Source of the DNA: a virus | Lineage: Duplodnaviria > Caudoviricetes | DNA length: 48,058 nt | IMG/VR virus record: IMGVR_UViG_3300049926_000003 | Span: 1 to 48,058 of that record | Strand: one strand, 5' to 3' | Part shown: positions 15,458 through 24,625 of the stretch, one piece after another | Layout: the number at the start of each line of letters is the position of its first letter | Numbering within the stretch: the first letter of the stretch is position 1 | The notes under the pieces: model-generated | Told to the model about the DNA's origin: nothing | The model's input: the letters and a program-made list of their open reading frames with translations, nothing else | Database searches by the model: none | Program-made: the position numbers and the translations under genes

Positions 15458-15679
15458 ATGCGTTGTTACATATGCGACTCATTGCTCGCAGACCCTCACT
15501 ACAATAGTGAGCATAAGGACTGGGACCCTTGTGAGTCCTGTCTAACGGTCATCAATGACCTCCTCGCCGGGTTCAAGGACCAGCCCGCCGCAGAGGAAGA
15601 CGAGCTAGGGGCTCCTGACCCTATTTGGGAGGAGTTCTACCCCACCGTCTACGACCCCACTAATGATAATATGCCATGA
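15458..15679 (+). CDS. Small Zn-finger protein with acidic tail
   Basis: MRCYICD...CESC. Confidence 0.7.
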   Translation: MRCYICDSLLADPHYNSEHKDWDPCESCLTVINDLLAGFKDQPAAEEDELGAPDPIWEEFYPTVYDPTNDNMP

Positions 15680-15696
15680 TTTCAGAGGGTTGTCAT
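15668..15696 (-). promoter_or_regulatory. Possible antisense sigma70-type promoter
   Basis: ATGACA-N17-CATATT with extended TG; mirror image of the forward promoter. Confidence 0.35.
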
Positions 15697-15703
15697 TTTT
15701 TAC

Positions 15704-15731
15704 TTGACAAAGCTGAAATCTCTGGTATAAT
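15704..15731 (+). promoter_or_regulatory. sigma70-type promoter for replication genes
   Basis: TTGACA-N16-TATAAT with extended TGn. Confidence 0.85.
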
Positions 15732-15806
15732 ACCAATATAAGGTTAGCAGCGGTAAATCCCCCCCCCCTATTGGTCAATAAACCCGCCAGAAGAAGTGGG
15801 AATGAC

Positions 15807-17462
15807 ATGAGCGAATTCCAGAAGCACGGGCCCTGCGAGGCTTGTGGGTCTTCTGACGGAGTAGGCTGGTATGACGATGGTCACGGTGTCTGCTTTGTCT
15901 GTGAGAAATACTACGGGTCAAAAGACTCCAATAAGAAAGAGACAAGAAAATTGTCCGAGAAACCCACAGGACCGATTACGCCGGTCACTACAGTCTTTCG
16001 CGCCATACCAAAGCGTGGCTTGACGGAAGCATCCATCAAGAAATTCTCCATTGACATCAATATGGACAAGGATAAGGATGTCGCTCACCGGTATCCTTAC
16101 TTCAAGGACGGCCAGCACGTCGCCAATAAAGTCCGTAAGCGGTCGGAGAAAGCCTTCTACTGGGAAGGAAACCCCCGAAATGCAGAGCTCTTTGGTCAGC
16201 ACCTTTTCCCCGCCGGTTCAGCCAAGGCTGTTACCGTGGTCGAAGGGGAGCTCGACGCCCCCTCCGGATGGCTCCTACTGGGCAGCCGTTATCCTGTTGT
16301 CGGCTTGCCTTCTGTCGGCCATGCGGTAGCGGCAGTCAAGACGAACTTCGAGTATCTCAATTCATTCGATGAAGTCGTCCTATGCCTCGATGCAGACGAA
16401 GGCCGAGCGAGAGAAGACGGAACCGTCGCCTATGCAGGGCAGGACACCGCCAAGAAGATAGCCGAGATGTTTGCCCCGGGTAAGTGCCGCATCCTCACAC
16501 TGGAACACGGTAAAGACCCTAATGAATATCTTCAAAATAACCTCGACCCTAAGGTCTTCACCTCAGAATGGTGGAAAGCCCCCCGCTTTCGTCCAGACGG
16601 GCTGAAGGCCGGTAGTTCGATGTGGGACGAGATCGTCAATCGACCGAGCCATTTCTCTATCCCCTATCCTTGGGGACCCTTGAACAGCAAGACCTTCGGT
16701 ATCAGGCTCTCGGAGGCTGTCCTACTAATGGCGGACACAGGCGTCGGTAAGACGTCGATCTTCAAGGAAATCGAGCACCATCTCCTGACATCGCCGGAAG
16801 TCATCGAGAAGGGATACGGAGTCGGGGTTCTTCATCTAGAGGAACCTAACTTCGATACCGCTCTCGGACTTATGTCAATTGAAAACGACAAGCCGTATCA
16901 TCTCCCGGATACTCCTAAGACCACGGAGGAACTACGGTCGGCATTCGACAAGGTTCTCAACAACGAGAGGGCGATCTTCTACGATCACTTTGGGTCGAAC
17001 GAGATTGACGAGATACTCGCGAAGGTCCGCTTCATGTCTGTCATGGGCTGCAAATATATCTTCATCGACCATCTCTCGATCATTGTCTCCGACCAATCGG
17101 GAGACGAAAGGAAGCAACTTGACGAGATTTCGACAAAGCTCAAGACGCTTACTATGGAACTTAACATTGCAGTATTCTGTGTCATCCACACAAACCGCGA
17201 CGGTCAGGCGCGCGGTTCTGCAGGACCAGAGAAGGTGGCTAATATCCATCTATCTCTACACAGGGACAAAAAGGACCCCGATCCTTGGCGTCGCAATGTC
17301 CTCAAGATTGAGATTGAGAAAAATCGCTTCTCGGGTCGGACAGGCCCTTGTTTATGGCTTTTCTATGATGAAATCACTGGACGTCTCGTCGAACTCGATG
17401 ACGTCGCGATTACTAAATATGAGGAAGGACTAAGCATCAATGACTCAGACAAGCCTTTCTAG
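15807..17462 (+). CDS. T7 gp4-like DNA primase-helicase
   Basis: Zn domain CEACGSSD...CFVC, TOPRIM VEGELDA and LDAD, SF4 helicase TGVGKT, IFIDHL, KNRFSG. Confidence 0.96.
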   Translation: MSEFQKHGPCEACGSSDGVGWYDDGHGVCFVCEKYYGSKDSNKKETRKLSEKPTGPITPVTTVFRAIPKRGLTEASIKKFSIDINMDKDKDVAHRYPYFKDGQHVANKVRKRSEKAFYWEGNPRNAELFGQHLFPAGSAKAVTVVEGELDAPSGWLLLGSRYPVVGLPSVGHAVAAVKTNFEYLNSFDEVVLCLDADEGRAREDGTVAYAGQDTAKKIAEMFAPGKCRILTLEHGKDPNEYLQNNLDPKVFTSEWWKAPRFRPDGLKAGSSMWDEIVNRPSHFSIPYPWGPLNSKTFGIRLSEAVLLMADTGVGKTSIFKEIEHHLLTSPEVIEKGYGVGVLHLEEPNFDTALGLMSIENDKPYHLPDTPKTTEELRSAFDKVLNNERAIFYDHFGSNEIDEILAKVRFMSVMGCKYIFIDHLSIIVSDQSGDERKQLDEISTKLKTLTMELNIAVFCVIHTNRDGQARGSAGPEKVANIHLSLHRDKKDPDPWRRNVLKIEIEKNRFSGRTGPCLWLFYDEITGRLVELDDVAITKYEEGLSINDSDKPF

Positions 17463-18018
17463 CGACAAAACTTGGGTAGCCGCTGACCCCCACTTTGGGC
17501 ACAAGAACATAATCTTGTTCAAGAACGCCGACAGCGGCAAAATGCGTCCTTGGGATGACATCGATAAGATGGATGCCGATCTTATCCAAAATTGGAACGA
17601 TACGGTATCTCCTGATGACCGGGTATATCTCCTCGGTGACGTAACCTTCACTGCGGCGAACATGAAGAAGTATATCCCCCAACTCAACGGACGCATCTGT
17701 CTAATCCCCGGCAACCACGAGCCAACGAAGATGCGGAAGTATTTCGATCTATTCGACGATGTTCGAGGCTATGTCCAGAGGAAAGGTTTCATCATGTCGC
17801 ACATCCCTCTGCATCCCGAGAGCATGGCGCGATGGGGTCTGAATATCCACGGTCATCTACATGCCAATAAGGTTCGCAATGCCGACGGCACTCCCGATCT
17901 ACGCTACTATTGCGTCTCGATGGAGCATACGGATTATCGCCCCATTGATCTCAACGAAATTCTAGAGAGGCACAACCGCCGTGTATCTAACCCCGACCAA
18001 TTTGCATTGGGCCTGTGA
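17440..18018 (+). CDS. Calcineurin-like metallophosphoesterase
   Basis: DPHFGH, LLGDV, GNHE, SHIP, HGHLH. Confidence 0.92.
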   Translation: MTQTSLSSDKTWVAADPHFGHKNIILFKNADSGKMRPWDDIDKMDADLIQNWNDTVSPDDRVYLLGDVTFTAANMKKYIPQLNGRICLIPGNHEPTKMRKYFDLFDDVRGYVQRKGFIMSHIPLHPESMARWGLNIHGHLHANKVRNADGTPDLRYYCVSMEHTDYRPIDLNEILERHNRRVSNPDQFALGL

Positions 18019-19867
18019 TATCGAGGCAGATGGTCTATTAGAAACGGCGACTACTATATGGTGCGCCACGGCCATCAACTGTATCACCAAAGAGAAGAAG
18101 GAATTCAGAGATGCTGAGGCGTTTCGGACGTTCATTGAAAAACATCCTGATATTGTGCTCGTTGGGCATAACTTTCTTGCTTATGATCTTGTTATGCTCA
18201 ACCGCTTTTGGAAATGTTCTATTGGCGTTAGCCGTGTTGTCGATACATTCGTCTTAAGTCAGCTATACAATCCGGGATATCCCAAGCCCATTGGCTGTAA
18301 GAAAGGGCCGCATAGCCTAGAAGCATGGGGCATTCGTCTCCGTTACAAGAAGGGAGACTTCGATGATTTCAGCGAGTTTACGGAGGACATGCTACGATAT
18401 TGTATGCGTGATACTGTCCTTACTGCTCTTCTTTTTCATCGGCTTAGCACTAGGATGCGGGAAGTAGGGTTCACTGAAGAAGGCTGCGAGCTAGAACACA
18501 AGGCATGGAATATCATTCAGAATAAGCAGCGTCGCAACGGCTTCCCATTTGACTACGAAAGGGCCCATGCCCTGTATGTCGCGCTTCGCGCCAGAGAAGA
18601 AGAGCTCAAGGCCGAGATTTACACCCTATGGCCTCCTAAATTCGAGGTCGTCGCGACCTTCGCCAAGGCGTTCAAGAAGAACGGCGAGAAGACTGCCGTC
18701 TATGCCCGGCACCTAGAGCAATATCCTAAGCTCATTCTCCGCGAAGACGGAGGATACGACGCCATTGACTGGGTTGCCTTCAATCTCGGCAGTCCTGCTC
18801 AACGCATCGAGAAGCTCACAGAACTAGGATGGACTTCCGTTAAGAAAACGAAGAAGGGCAATCCGAAGATCGATGAAGACGCCCTTCTGGATTATGCCGA
18901 GGTCTCGGGAAAGCCTGAGGTCAAGGCACTAGCCAAGTGGATTGTCATCAATTCCCGGGCGAATATGATTAAGACATGGCTCGACGCCTATGATGAAAAA
19001 ACAGGAGCGATACATGGCAAACTATTCATTGCGGCGACGCTCCGCTACCGTCATTCTAATCCTAATTCTGCTAATATACCGGCTGTTCGGCTGAAGAAGA
19101 ACGAGCAGGGGGAAGATGTCATCCAGTATGGTGAAGCCGGGGCATGGACATATGAATGCCGGGACCTCTTCACTAAAGGTAAGTCTGACGATTATGTCCT
19201 AGTAGGTGTTGACGGAACAGGCATCCAGAACCGATGCTTAATTCATGGTCTCATTAAGACCGTCGGCGAAGAGCAAGTCAAGCCGTTCATGGAACTTTCC
19301 CTCCGAGGGGATATCCACAAGCACAACATCGACGTCCTAGGTTTGGCTAACAAGGCCGCCGCGAAGAAGTTCTACTATTCTCTAATGATGGGAGCCGGTG
19401 GAGCCCTCCTCGCGGCAGATCAGGCCCAGTTCGGAACAAAGCTCACGGCCAAAGAGGGAACAGCCCTCCGTGATGCCATGATAGCGTCAATCCCGGGGTT
19501 CAACGCCCTCATTAAAGCCCTTCAGAAAGAGCTCCGGGATACCGGTAGAATTCGTCTATGCGACGGGACACCTATTCTAGTTCCGTCTGACCACATGGTC
19601 ATTCCGTATCTACTACAAGGTGACGAGAGTCGCCTCATGAAGAAAGCGATGGTGTTACTCGATGCCGACCTTCGACGATCTCGACTTGATTCGAGAAAAG
19701 TGGCAGATATCCACGATGAATGGCAATATATTGTCAAACTGGGAGATGTCGAAGCTTTCATTAGACTGGCTCTTGCAGTCTTTCCCAGAGCAGGCGAGTC
19801 TTTCGGATATAAAATCCCTATTGATGGTGATGCGAAAGTAGGATTGACATGGGCAGAGACGCACTAA
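17981..19867 (+). CDS. Family A (T7-like) DNA polymerase with 3'-5' exonuclease
   Basis: Exo DIE, HN...YD, YCMRD; polymerase motifs A (DGTGIQNR), B (KAAAKKFYY..MG) and C (HDE). Confidence 0.95.
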   Translation: MYLTPTNLHWACDIEADGLLETATTIWCATAINCITKEKKEFRDAEAFRTFIEKHPDIVLVGHNFLAYDLVMLNRFWKCSIGVSRVVDTFVLSQLYNPGYPKPIGCKKGPHSLEAWGIRLRYKKGDFDDFSEFTEDMLRYCMRDTVLTALLFHRLSTRMREVGFTEEGCELEHKAWNIIQNKQRRNGFPFDYERAHALYVALRAREEELKAEIYTLWPPKFEVVATFAKAFKKNGEKTAVYARHLEQYPKLILREDGGYDAIDWVAFNLGSPAQRIEKLTELGWTSVKKTKKGNPKIDEDALLDYAEVSGKPEVKALAKWIVINSRANMIKTWLDAYDEKTGAIHGKLFIAATLRYRHSNPNSANIPAVRLKKNEQGEDVIQYGEAGAWTYECRDLFTKGKSDDYVLVGVDGTGIQNRCLIHGLIKTVGEEQVKPFMELSLRGDIHKHNIDVLGLANKAAAKKFYYSLMMGAGGALLAADQAQFGTKLTAKEGTALRDAMIASIPGFNALIKALQKELRDTGRIRLCDGTPILVPSDHMVIPYLLQGDESRLMKKAMVLLDADLRRSRLDSRKVADIHDEWQYIVKLGDVEAFIRLALAVFPRAGESFGYKIPIDGDAKVGLTWAETH

Positions 19868-20160
19868 AAGAACTCCAAGAAAGAATATCGGTAATAGACC
19901 GACGAATGAATGCCCTCAACGAAGAGAAGAAAGCCATCTCGAAGGACATCGAGTTCATCAAGAAAACACCGAAGGTCTCTGACCACGCCGTTATTCGCTA
20001 TCTCGAAAGGAAGATGAACTTCGACTTCGAGGACATTCGCGCCAAGCTCCTCACGCCGACTGTAGTCTCGGCTATGGAGATAGGTGTCGAAGGCATCAAG
20101 ATAGACGGAGGAACCTTGAAAATCCGGGATAAAACAGTAGTTACATTTATCGGAAAATAG
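19849..20160 (+). CDS. Hypothetical protein (SDHAVIRYLER family)
   Basis: Coiled-coil N-terminus plus a motif common in phage proteins. Confidence 0.7.
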   Translation: MGRDALKELQERISVIDRRMNALNEEKKAISKDIEFIKKTPKVSDHAVIRYLERKMNFDFEDIRAKLLTPTVVSAMEIGVEGIKIDGGTLKIRDKTVVTFIGK

Positions 20161-20163
20161 TTC

Positions 20164-20192
20164 TTGACAAAGAGCGCCAAAGCTGATATAAT
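20164..20192 (+). promoter_or_regulatory. sigma70-type promoter for ssb
   Basis: TTGACA-N17-TATAAT with extended TGn. Confidence 0.9.
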
Positions 20193-20245
20193 ACTCATAT
20201 AGGGGTTAATGCTCCTATAGAAAACTAGAAAAGGATAATAGAAAA

Positions 20246-20821
20246 TTGGCAAATAATTCAACGACTCACGTCATCCGTGGTGTTCTATCTTGGGCTAAGG
20301 TTCTCGGGGCTCCCCGCATGAACACCTTCACTGGTGAGCGAGATTGGTCTGTCGATGTCACGCCAGATGCCGCCGGTCGAGCAGAGCTCAAGCGCCTTGG
20401 CATCACGAACAAGCTTCGGGAACCCAAGGACACCGACACCCGTAAAGAGACCTTCCTGTCCTTCCGCCAGAAGGAATTCCATCTAGATAAGGACGGCAAC
20501 AAGGTCGCCAACGAGCCGATCACTATCAAAGACGGGCAGGGTAATGCTTGGTCTGGTGGCTTGATCGGTAACGGGACTATTGCAGACGTCAAGTTTACCA
20601 TCCGTGACTATGGCAAGGGTAAGCCCAAGGGCGTCTACATTCAGGCTATTCGCATCCTCGATCTAGTTCCCTATGAGGTTCAGGAATTTGCTCCGTTGTC
20701 CGAGGACGACGAGTATTTTGCCTCGGGAACACCTTCGACAGAGGCCAAGAATGCACCGGAGGAACCCGCCACCGAGAGCACGGCTGAAGAGCCTGATCTC
20801 GACGACGACGTTCCTTTCTAA
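20246..20821 (+). CDS. ssb: Single-stranded DNA-binding protein (T7 gp2.5-like)
   Basis: LIGNGT, acidic tail ending DDDVPF; TTG start. Confidence 0.85.
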   Translation: MANNSTTHVIRGVLSWAKVLGAPRMNTFTGERDWSVDVTPDAAGRAELKRLGITNKLREPKDTDTRKETFLSFRQKEFHLDKDGNKVANEPITIKDGQGNAWSGGLIGNGTIADVKFTIRDYGKGKPKGVYIQAIRILDLVPYEVQEFAPLSEDDEYFASGTPSTEAKNAPEEPATESTAEEPDLDDDVPF

Positions 20822-20919
20822 GAAGCACCCTCGTCCTAGAGTGCTCTAGGAGATTAAGGGTAATAATGGTTTGTCGGTATATCCAAGCGCTGTAAAAACC
20901 GTCATTTTAGGAGAGAAGA

Positions 20920-21099
20920 ATGGCTAACGATAATACCCCGACTGCCCCTATCGACATTGAGACCTATCTCATTGAGGCTTTGCAGTCGTTTGAGAATGAT
21001 CCCGCCGACACCGACTACCAGAAGGGCTATGAAGCTGCCCTCAAGGAAGTCCGGAAGGTCATCACGACTCCGACTATGGAGATGCCGCGTGTTTACTAA
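20920..21099 (+). CDS. Small hypothetical protein, 59 aa
   Basis: AGGAG SD; MANDNTP...DPADTDYQKGYEAAL...VY; below the ORF-track cutoff. Confidence 0.7.
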   Translation: MANDNTPTAPIDIETYLIEALQSFENDPADTDYQKGYEAALKEVRKVITTPTMEMPRVY

Positions 21100-21139
21100 G
21101 GCTTGGAAATTCATAACAGAAATTTTTGGAGAAACTGAA

Positions 21140-21271
21140 ATGGTAACTTTGAAGAAAACCGCCACTGGCCGCTACGGTCTCTTTGACCGTGAAGGCTTCC
21201 TCATTAACGATTACGCTCGTGCCCGTGACGCCCGCCGTGGTGCCACCCGCGCCGGTATGGTTATCGCGTAA
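21140..21271 (+). CDS. Small basic protein, 43 aa
   Basis: GGAG SD; abuts the next gene. Confidence 0.6.
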   Translation: MVTLKKTATGRYGLFDREGFLINDYARARDARRGATRAGMVIA

Positions 21272-22165
21272 TTGACTACCGACGTCACAGAGAGGCGCGA
21301 TCCTAAGACTCTGCCAGAGGACATCTATCATGTCCTAGCCGATGACACAGATCACGAAGTCTCCGAAGAGAACGTCGAATGGGCGGGGGAGGTCTTCAAG
21401 GACCTCCTCCGGACCCGCATGAAGAAACGCGAAGCCAAGAAAGGCGAAGAAGTCCTACGCTTCTCTGCGTTAGGCAAGAAAGACCGGCAAATTTGGTATC
21501 AGGCTAACAAGCCCGAGACCGCCGAGAAGATGCCGGGCAAACAGAATTTCAAATTCCTCTACGGCGATGTCCTCGAAGTCTTGCTGCTATTTCTAGCGCG
21601 AGAGGCAGGACACACAGTAGAGAATACCCAACGAGGAGTAGAAGAGGATGGCGTCAAAGGTTCGATCGATGCTGACATCGACGGTATCCTCGTCGACGTT
21701 AAATCCGCCTCTAGCTACTCATTCGAGAAGTTCAAGTCCGGGGCGTATCTTTTCGATGACCCATTCGGATATGTATCGCAACTGGCTGGCTACGCCAACG
21801 CCCTCGGTAGAGATCGAGCAGGGTTCCTTGTTGCAGATAAAGTTCACGGAGACATCACCTTTGTTGAGTTTGACAAGCTTTACATAGACGCCAACCCTCC
21901 CGGCCCAAGGATTAAACATCTCCGTGAAGTCATATCACAAGACACTCCGCCTGCCCGGTGTTATCCTGACATTCCGGAAGGAAAGTCTGGCAATCGAAAA
22001 CTTTCTGTCGGTTGCTCTTACTGTCCTTTCAAAAACGACTGTTGGTCTGACGCTAACAGTGGAAAAGGACTTCGTAAGTTCTGGTATTCCAGAGGCCCCG
22101 TCTGGCTCTCCGAAGTCAAGAAAGAGCCCCTAGTTGAGGAAGATAAGAGTGGCAAGGCCCCGTGA
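21272..22165 (+). CDS. PD-(D/E)XK exonuclease (Cas4-like)
   Basis: GSID...VDVKS, QLAGY, CSYC.....C. Confidence 0.88.
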   Translation: MTTDVTERRDPKTLPEDIYHVLADDTDHEVSEENVEWAGEVFKDLLRTRMKKREAKKGEEVLRFSALGKKDRQIWYQANKPETAEKMPGKQNFKFLYGDVLEVLLLFLAREAGHTVENTQRGVEEDGVKGSIDADIDGILVDVKSASSYSFEKFKSGAYLFDDPFGYVSQLAGYANALGRDRAGFLVADKVHGDITFVEFDKLYIDANPPGPRIKHLREVISQDTPPARCYPDIPEGKSGNRKLSVGCSYCPFKNDCWSDANSGKGLRKFWYSRGPVWLSEVKKEPLVEEDKSGKAP

Positions 22166-22511
22166 AAGTAACCCACAGAAGGCCAGAGCTGCGTATCTAC
22201 TTCGCGTCTATGGTATCACTGTAGACCAATACAACGAACTCCTAGAGAGACAGGGAGGTTCATGTGCTCTCTGCAACAAGACTCCTGAACAAGAAGGACA
22301 AGCGCTTGCTGTCGATCATGACCACGCATCTAGAGAGGTCAGAGGGCTGCTTTGCCGTTACTGCAATCACAGAGTCATCGGGCGACACCGAGACCCGGAT
22401 TTACTTAGAAGGATGGCTGGATATCTCGAAAGAGGAACTGGCTGGTATACACCCGTAAAGAGAAGGCGGAAAACGCCTCGGAAGGTCAAGTCAAAGAATG
22501 TCAAATCCTAA
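22134..22511 (+). CDS. Recombination endonuclease VII
   Basis: YGIT...Q, CALC, AVDHDH, RGLLCRYCN. Confidence 0.9.
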   Translation: MRKIRVARPRESNPQKARAAYLLRVYGITVDQYNELLERQGGSCALCNKTPEQEGQALAVDHDHASREVRGLLCRYCNHRVIGRHRDPDLLRRMAGYLERGTGWYTPVKRRRKTPRKVKSKNVKS

Positions 22512-23217
22512 ACAGAAAATCCTAGTTCTCGATATCGAGTGGCGTCCTACTAAGGCGTATGTATGGGGTGCATGGCAGGAGAATATCTACCCCGAGAAGA
22601 TCATCGAGCATGGCGGCCTCCTCTGCGTCGGAGCTAAGTGGCTCGGTGAGAAAGAGACTTTCCTGTTCTCTGAATGGGAACACGGTCATCAGGGAATGCT
22701 CGATAAAATCCACGAGATGCTGTCGTTCGCCGATGGTGTCATTGGCTTCAACTCGAATAAGTATGACCTACCCAAGCTCGAAGGCGAGTTCGTAATCGCC
22801 GGGATGACACCGCCCCCTGCCCCGACATCGATCGATCTAATCAAGACGATCAAGAAGTTCGGGCTCTTCATGAACAGATTGGCTTTCGTCGGTCCCCTCA
22901 TGGGCGTCGGCAAGAAGCTCGAACACGAGGGCATGGCCCTGTGGGTCAAGGTCATGGCGGGTGACGAAGTAGCCCAAAACAAGATGTCTCGGTATTGTAT
23001 CCAAGACGTCAAGATGACGGAGAAGTTATACCTCCGTATCCGTCCGTTCATCCGCAACCATCCCCATATGGGACGACAGGGGGCGAATGAATGCGGTGCC
23101 TGCGGCAGTAAGCATCTTCATAGCCGTGGAACCCGTAGGACTCGTATCTACAAAATTCAGCGTATCCAGTGTCAGGGCTGTGGCTCGTGGCAGGATGGGA
23201 AGCGAAGCAAGATATAA
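22498..23217 (+). CDS. DEDD / RNase H-like 3'-5' exonuclease with C-terminal Zn ribbon
   Basis: LVLDIE, FN...YDL, YCIQDV; CGAC...CQGC. Confidence 0.85.
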   Translation: MSNPKQKILVLDIEWRPTKAYVWGAWQENIYPEKIIEHGGLLCVGAKWLGEKETFLFSEWEHGHQGMLDKIHEMLSFADGVIGFNSNKYDLPKLEGEFVIAGMTPPPAPTSIDLIKTIKKFGLFMNRLAFVGPLMGVGKKLEHEGMALWVKVMAGDEVAQNKMSRYCIQDVKMTEKLYLRIRPFIRNHPHMGRQGANECGACGSKHLHSRGTRRTRIYKIQRIQCQGCGSWQDGKRSKI

Positions 23218-23375
23218 TGGACCAAGAGACTAAAGAGAGGCTGATCGACTTCTTCACTAGCGCCGAGTTAGTCGAGTATCTAGCCTTGCCTGTCAGAGAA
23301 ATCATCGAACGCTTCGAGGATGAAATCTCGGAGGCCCTTGATGATATCGAGGAGTTAATGAATGTCAAGCACTAA
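23217..23375 (+). CDS. Small acidic protein, 52 aa
   Basis: TAATG coupling. Confidence 0.65.
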   Translation: MDQETKERLIDFFTSAELVEYLALPVREIIERFEDEISEALDDIEELMNVKH

Positions 23376-24033
23376 GGTTCTGTATCTTATTGGCTCACTC
23401 CGTAATCCCCGCGTCCCTGAATTAGCCGCTAGGCTCCGAAAGGAATATCCCGATGTCGAAGTCTTCGATGACTGGTTTGCCGCCGGGGCCGAGGCCGACG
23501 ACGAATGGAAGTCCTACGAGCAAGCCCGCTCCCGCTCCTACGAGGAAGCCCTTAATGGATATGCTGCGCGACATGTTTTTGATTTTGACCGCAGCCACCT
23601 TGACCGGGCTACTCACGTCCTACTGGTGCTTCCCGCCGGTAAATCGGGACACATGGAAGTCATGTATGGAGAATACGGTGCAAAGCTCAAACCAAGAACG
23701 GCAATCCTACTAGACCCCGAAGATGTCCGTTGGGACGTCATGTATCAATTCATACCGACAATTCTGTCGAACGACGACGCCATAGGAGAGTGGCTCAATG
23801 AAGAACAGCCTTCCGGAAGAGGACAGCCAAAGGGGGAAATTCCCAATGGCGGATGGCCTGCTGGACTATTTTCCCAACGCACTAGCAGAGGTATCTCTAG
23901 TTTCGTTTTTGGGGAACCAGAAGCACAACCCCGGGCAGCCGATGCACTGGGCAAGGGGGAAATCGACAGACCACAGAAACAAGATATTAAGGCACCTTGT
24001 CGATGCCGGGAAGAAAGACAGCCAAGGCGTTAG
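23362..24033 (+). CDS. Nucleoside 2-deoxyribosyltransferase-like protein
   Basis: LYLIGS, F..D...L..A..VLLVLPAGKSGHME.. pattern; C-terminal ~78 codons overlap the next gene. Confidence 0.75.
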   Translation: MSSTKVLYLIGSLRNPRVPELAARLRKEYPDVEVFDDWFAAGAEADDEWKSYEQARSRSYEEALNGYAARHVFDFDRSHLDRATHVLLVLPAGKSGHMEVMYGEYGAKLKPRTAILLDPEDVRWDVMYQFIPTILSNDDAIGEWLNEEQPSGRGQPKGEIPNGGWPAGLFSQRTSRGISSFVFGEPEAQPRAADALGKGEIDRPQKQDIKAPCRCREERQPRR

Positions 24034-24136
24034 ACACTCCGCCTATGTCGCGTGGAGGGCTCTAGCCAATCTCCAAGAGGAGCTAGAACGAGACGAAGGA
24101 TATCCCCTCTCTAGAGCATCGAAGGAGCCAGAGTGA
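23798..24136 (+). CDS. dATP/dGTP diphosphohydrolase N-terminal domain (DUF5664-like) protein
   Basis: YFPNALAEV..V...GNQKHNPG..W, ILRHL, H.A..AWRALA. Confidence 0.8.
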   Translation: MKNSLPEEDSQRGKFPMADGLLDYFPNALAEVSLVSFLGNQKHNPGQPMHWARGKSTDHRNKILRHLVDAGKKDSQGVRHSAYVAWRALANLQEELERDEGYPLSRASKEPE

Positions 24137-24408
24137 TGATTTCGACATACCTCACTATCTTCGCGGCAGGGTTTGTATCGGTATTCGCACTGGGCTTCCA
24201 GAGCCGTAATGTAAACCACGGCAACTACAGATGGGCAGCAGGAACGAGTTTCATTGTCGGTTCGACGTCGGCGTTCCTCTGGTCTCACATTACCCAACCC
24301 GGTGTCGGCGCAATAGGAGGTATAGTCTATGGGCTATCGGGTTCCTTGGCCATCACGCTTTCAATGTATGTCCACGAAAGGTTTATCCAGCGTGTCATTA
24401 GAGAGTGA
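24133..24408 (+). CDS. Small membrane protein (3 TM)
   Basis: VFALGFQSRNVN.GNY; hydrophobic helices. Confidence 0.75.
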   Translation: MMISTYLTIFAAGFVSVFALGFQSRNVNHGNYRWAAGTSFIVGSTSAFLWSHITQPGVGAIGGIVYGLSGSLAITLSMYVHERFIQRVIRE

Positions 24409-24625
24409 GTCGTATGACGATCTCCTGTATTATACTGAACGCGCTACGGCGTTGATTTATGAAGTCAAGTTTTTCCCTGACTTCGTATTAGTCCGTCCTG
24501 CCTCGCCTGCCTTTTACGCGGCGCTACAGAGGATGGATTATGTCGCCTTTGGAAGAGATTTCGAGGAATTCTACGGCGATCCTCAGGAAGTCACGAATAT
24601 CTTATTCGGTGACATAGAGAGTTAA
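24392..24625 (+). CDS. Hypothetical protein
   Basis: Fills the gap; start uncertain (GTG 24392). Confidence 0.55.
   Translation: MSLESESYDDLLYYTERATALIYEVKFFPDFVLVRPASPAFYAALQRMDYVAFGRDFEEFYGDPQEVTNILFGDIES

Noticed and set aside
21272-22165. Cas4 as evidence of a CRISPR-Cas system
   Set aside because: Solo Cas4-like exonucleases are common in phage replication modules; no other cas genes or array.
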